A stretch of DNA of 64,000 bases, from contig CAWFQL010000003.1 of assembly GCA_963817915.1 (NCBI GenBank), positions 32,001 to 96,000 of the forward strand, read 5' to 3'. The notes beneath the pieces were generated by a model, which saw nothing but the letters and a program-made list of their open reading frames with translations, was not told the DNA's origin and did not search any database. This stretch comes from an uncultured candidate division Zixibacteria bacterium (GTDB taxonomy: Bacteria > Zixibacteria > MSB-5A5 > UBA10806). The first letter of the stretch is position 1, and every line of letters starts with the position of its first letter. Below are positions 61,580 to 64,000 of the stretch, piece by piece. A program made the translations under genes and the position numbers.

Positions 61580-64000
61580 ATGAAAAAGTTTTTTGCGATA
61601 ATATCTGCCATAGCTGTTGTGTTGTGCGGTGTACTTGTTTTCAGTCAGGAGCCGACAGCAAATCCGCATGGCAAATTAAAATGGGAATGCAGCGCGTGCC
61701 ATAGCACCGATTCCTGGAAAATTACCAAAGCTCCAACCGGATTCAAGCATGCGGATACAGGGTTTGCCTTGCGGGGAGCGCACGATGTTACGGACTGCAG
61801 CGATTGCCACAAGGATTTGACATTTTCCCATATCGGCACGGCTTGCATAGATTGTCATACGGATATTCATCGCGGGCAATTTGGCAATTATTGCGAAAAA
61901 TGCCATCTGCCCGATAGCTGGCAAAATCGCCAGGAGCAGTTAGGCTTGCATTCATCGCGCGGATTTCCATTGATCGGTATTCATTCGATAGCTGATTGCG
62001 GCGCATGTCATGTAGGCCAGCAGCGAAATGAGTATTCCGGTACTCCGATTGAATGTATTGGCTGTCATCAGGGTAATTACGCCTCCACTACCAACCCTAA
62101 TCATGTGCTTGCTAAATTCAACACGGACTGCCGCGAATGTCATAACGAATCCGCGAGTTCATGGAAAAATGCTACCTATGCGCATCCGTCGATATTCGAA
62201 ATCCATGGAGCGCATGTTGGTCTCGAATGTGTCAGATGCCATGCAGACTAGCGTTCGCGGGCACGCCAAGGGAATGTGTCGGCTGTCATTTGCCGGCTTA
62301 TCAAACGGCTAATAACCCGCCGCATGCCGTGCCGGTATTCCCGGAAGATTGCGTCATGTGTCATAACGATATTCAATGGATGGGAGCGACATTCAACCAT
62401 CTTCAGGCCACAGGCTACGAATTACTCGGAGCTCATGCGACGGTGCATTGCAACGATTGCCATACCAATAATAATTATGTCAATATTCCTAACCAGTGTT
62501 TTGGGTGCCATCAGAATAATTATAATGAAGCGGCTAATCCCAATCACCAAACAAATAATTTCGATCACGATTGTACCGTCTGCCATAACTTTAATGGCTG
62601 GTCTCCTTCGACATTCAATCATAGCGCAACCCGATTCGCTCTTACCGGAGTGCATCTAACAACACAATGCGTAGCCTGCCATACCAACGGCTACCAGAGT
62701 ACTCCGATGGATTGTTACAGTTGCCATCAAAACAATTATAATTCGGCGACAAATCCCAATCATGCGACCAATAATTTCAATCACGATTGCACGCAATGCC
62801 ATAATACCGCCGGATGGTCGCCATCGACATTTAATCATAGCCAGACCAGGTTCACATTAACCGGCGCGCATTTGACTATCCAGTGTGTTGCCTGCCATGC
62901 TAATGGCTACCAGAATACACCGCTGGATTGTTATAGCTGCCACGTTAATAATTTTAACGGAGTGACTGATCCCAACCACGTGACCAATAATTTCAGCCAC
63001 GATTGCACCCAATGCCATTCTACGGTCTCATGGTCAGGCGGAACATTCAATCATAGTCAGACGCAGTTCCCGTTGACCGGCGCCCACGCTACAATACAAT
63101 GTATAGCATGCCACGCCAATGGTTACCAAAACACGCCGACGGATTGCTATAGTTGTCATTTGAACGATTTTAATGGGGCGACTAATCCCAATCATGTCAC
63201 CAATAATTTCGGCCATGATTGCACCCAATGCCATTCCAATACAGCCTGGTCGCCTTCGACATTCAATCATAGCCAGACACAATTCCCACTTGACGGGCGC
63301 TCATGCGACAAGGCAGTGTATTGAATGCCATGCCAATGGCTACCAGAACACTCCATCAGACTGCTATAGCTGTCATCAAAGCAATTTTAATGGTGCGACC
63401 AATCCTAATCATGTGACCAATAATTTCAGTCATGATTGTACGCAATGTCATTCGACTTCCGTCTGGATACCATCGACTTTTGATCATAATCAAACCAGAT
63501 TTCCATTAACCGGTGCCCATATATCTCGGCAATGCGTTGATTGCCATGCTAATGGTTACCAGAATACCCCATTTGATTGCTATAGCTGCCATCAAAGCAA
63601 TTTTAACGGCGTTAGCGATCCTAATCACGTCACCAATAACTTCAGCCATGATTGCACGTTATGCCATTCGACTTCAGGCTGGTCACCGGCGACTTTCGAC
63701 CATAACTCGACCAGATTCCCATTAACCGGACGGCACATTGGCCTAAATTGTGTTGCCTGTCATGCCAATGGTTATCAGAATACTCCATATGATTGCTATA
63801 GCTGTCACGTAAATGATTATAATGACGTAAATGATCCGGACCATAGGGCCAATAATTACAGCCATGATTGCACGCAATGTCATAATACATCGGGATGGGG
63901 TAATGGTACATTCAATCATAATCCGACGAGATTTCCATTGACCGGGGCGCACGTGAGCCTGCCATGTATTTCATGTCATGCCAATGGTTATCAGAATACG
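61580..64000 (+). CDS. Very large multiheme cytochrome c (>=32 CxxCH) with 72-aa three-heme tandem repeats; frameshifts at ~62249 and ~63289; runs off the right edge
   Basis: 8 + 14 + 10 CxxCH across three frames. Repeat unit FNHSQTxFPLTGAH...CxxCHANGYQNTPxDCYSCH...PNHVTNNFSHDCTQCH with a 216-bp period. Confidence 0.88.

Noticed and set aside
62249..62251. TAG as pyrrolysine or readthrough in the giant cytochrome
   Set aside because: The heme motifs continue in a different frame, so this is a frameshift and not in-frame readthrough.

Overview
This is a moderate-GC bacterial chromosome segment. Seven proteins carry type IX secretion (T9SS) type-A C-terminal sorting domains (NYPNPFN...K-x-x-L-x-K), and there are large multiheme cytochromes, which points to an FCB-group or Zixibacteria-like organism (inference). 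In order, the window holds: a tandem array of T9SS cargo genes (FG-GAP, beta-helix); a deaminase-nupC pair; tRNA-Asn with degenerate copies; a TIR protein; trpB2 with an unannotated Trp4 leader-peptide attenuator; a vWA/YfbK-like gene; a T9SS gene interrupted by a tnpA-only IS200; and a split mprF/flippase/acvB operon. Next come a chaperone-usher-like locus with five DUF4402-like pilins preceded by sigma54- and sigma28-like promoters; mobB; a 4x123-bp REP tandem repeat; an M32 carboxypeptidase; an orphan wHTH-NTase; a GmrSD-Schlafen(AlbA_2) fusion; perR-ahpC, comB, gcvT, a radical SAM and an SPFH gene. The window ends in an operon of a membrane protein, a 20-heme cytochrome and a >=32-heme repeat cytochrome that runs off the right edge. 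Intergenic DNA is dense in diverse GTAG/GTC-type REP palindromes, several carrying nested 16-29-nt palindromic insertions. Some accessory genes are bracketed by diverged direct repeats of gene 3' ends. At least eight genes have single-base frameshifts, most likely long-read consensus errors.
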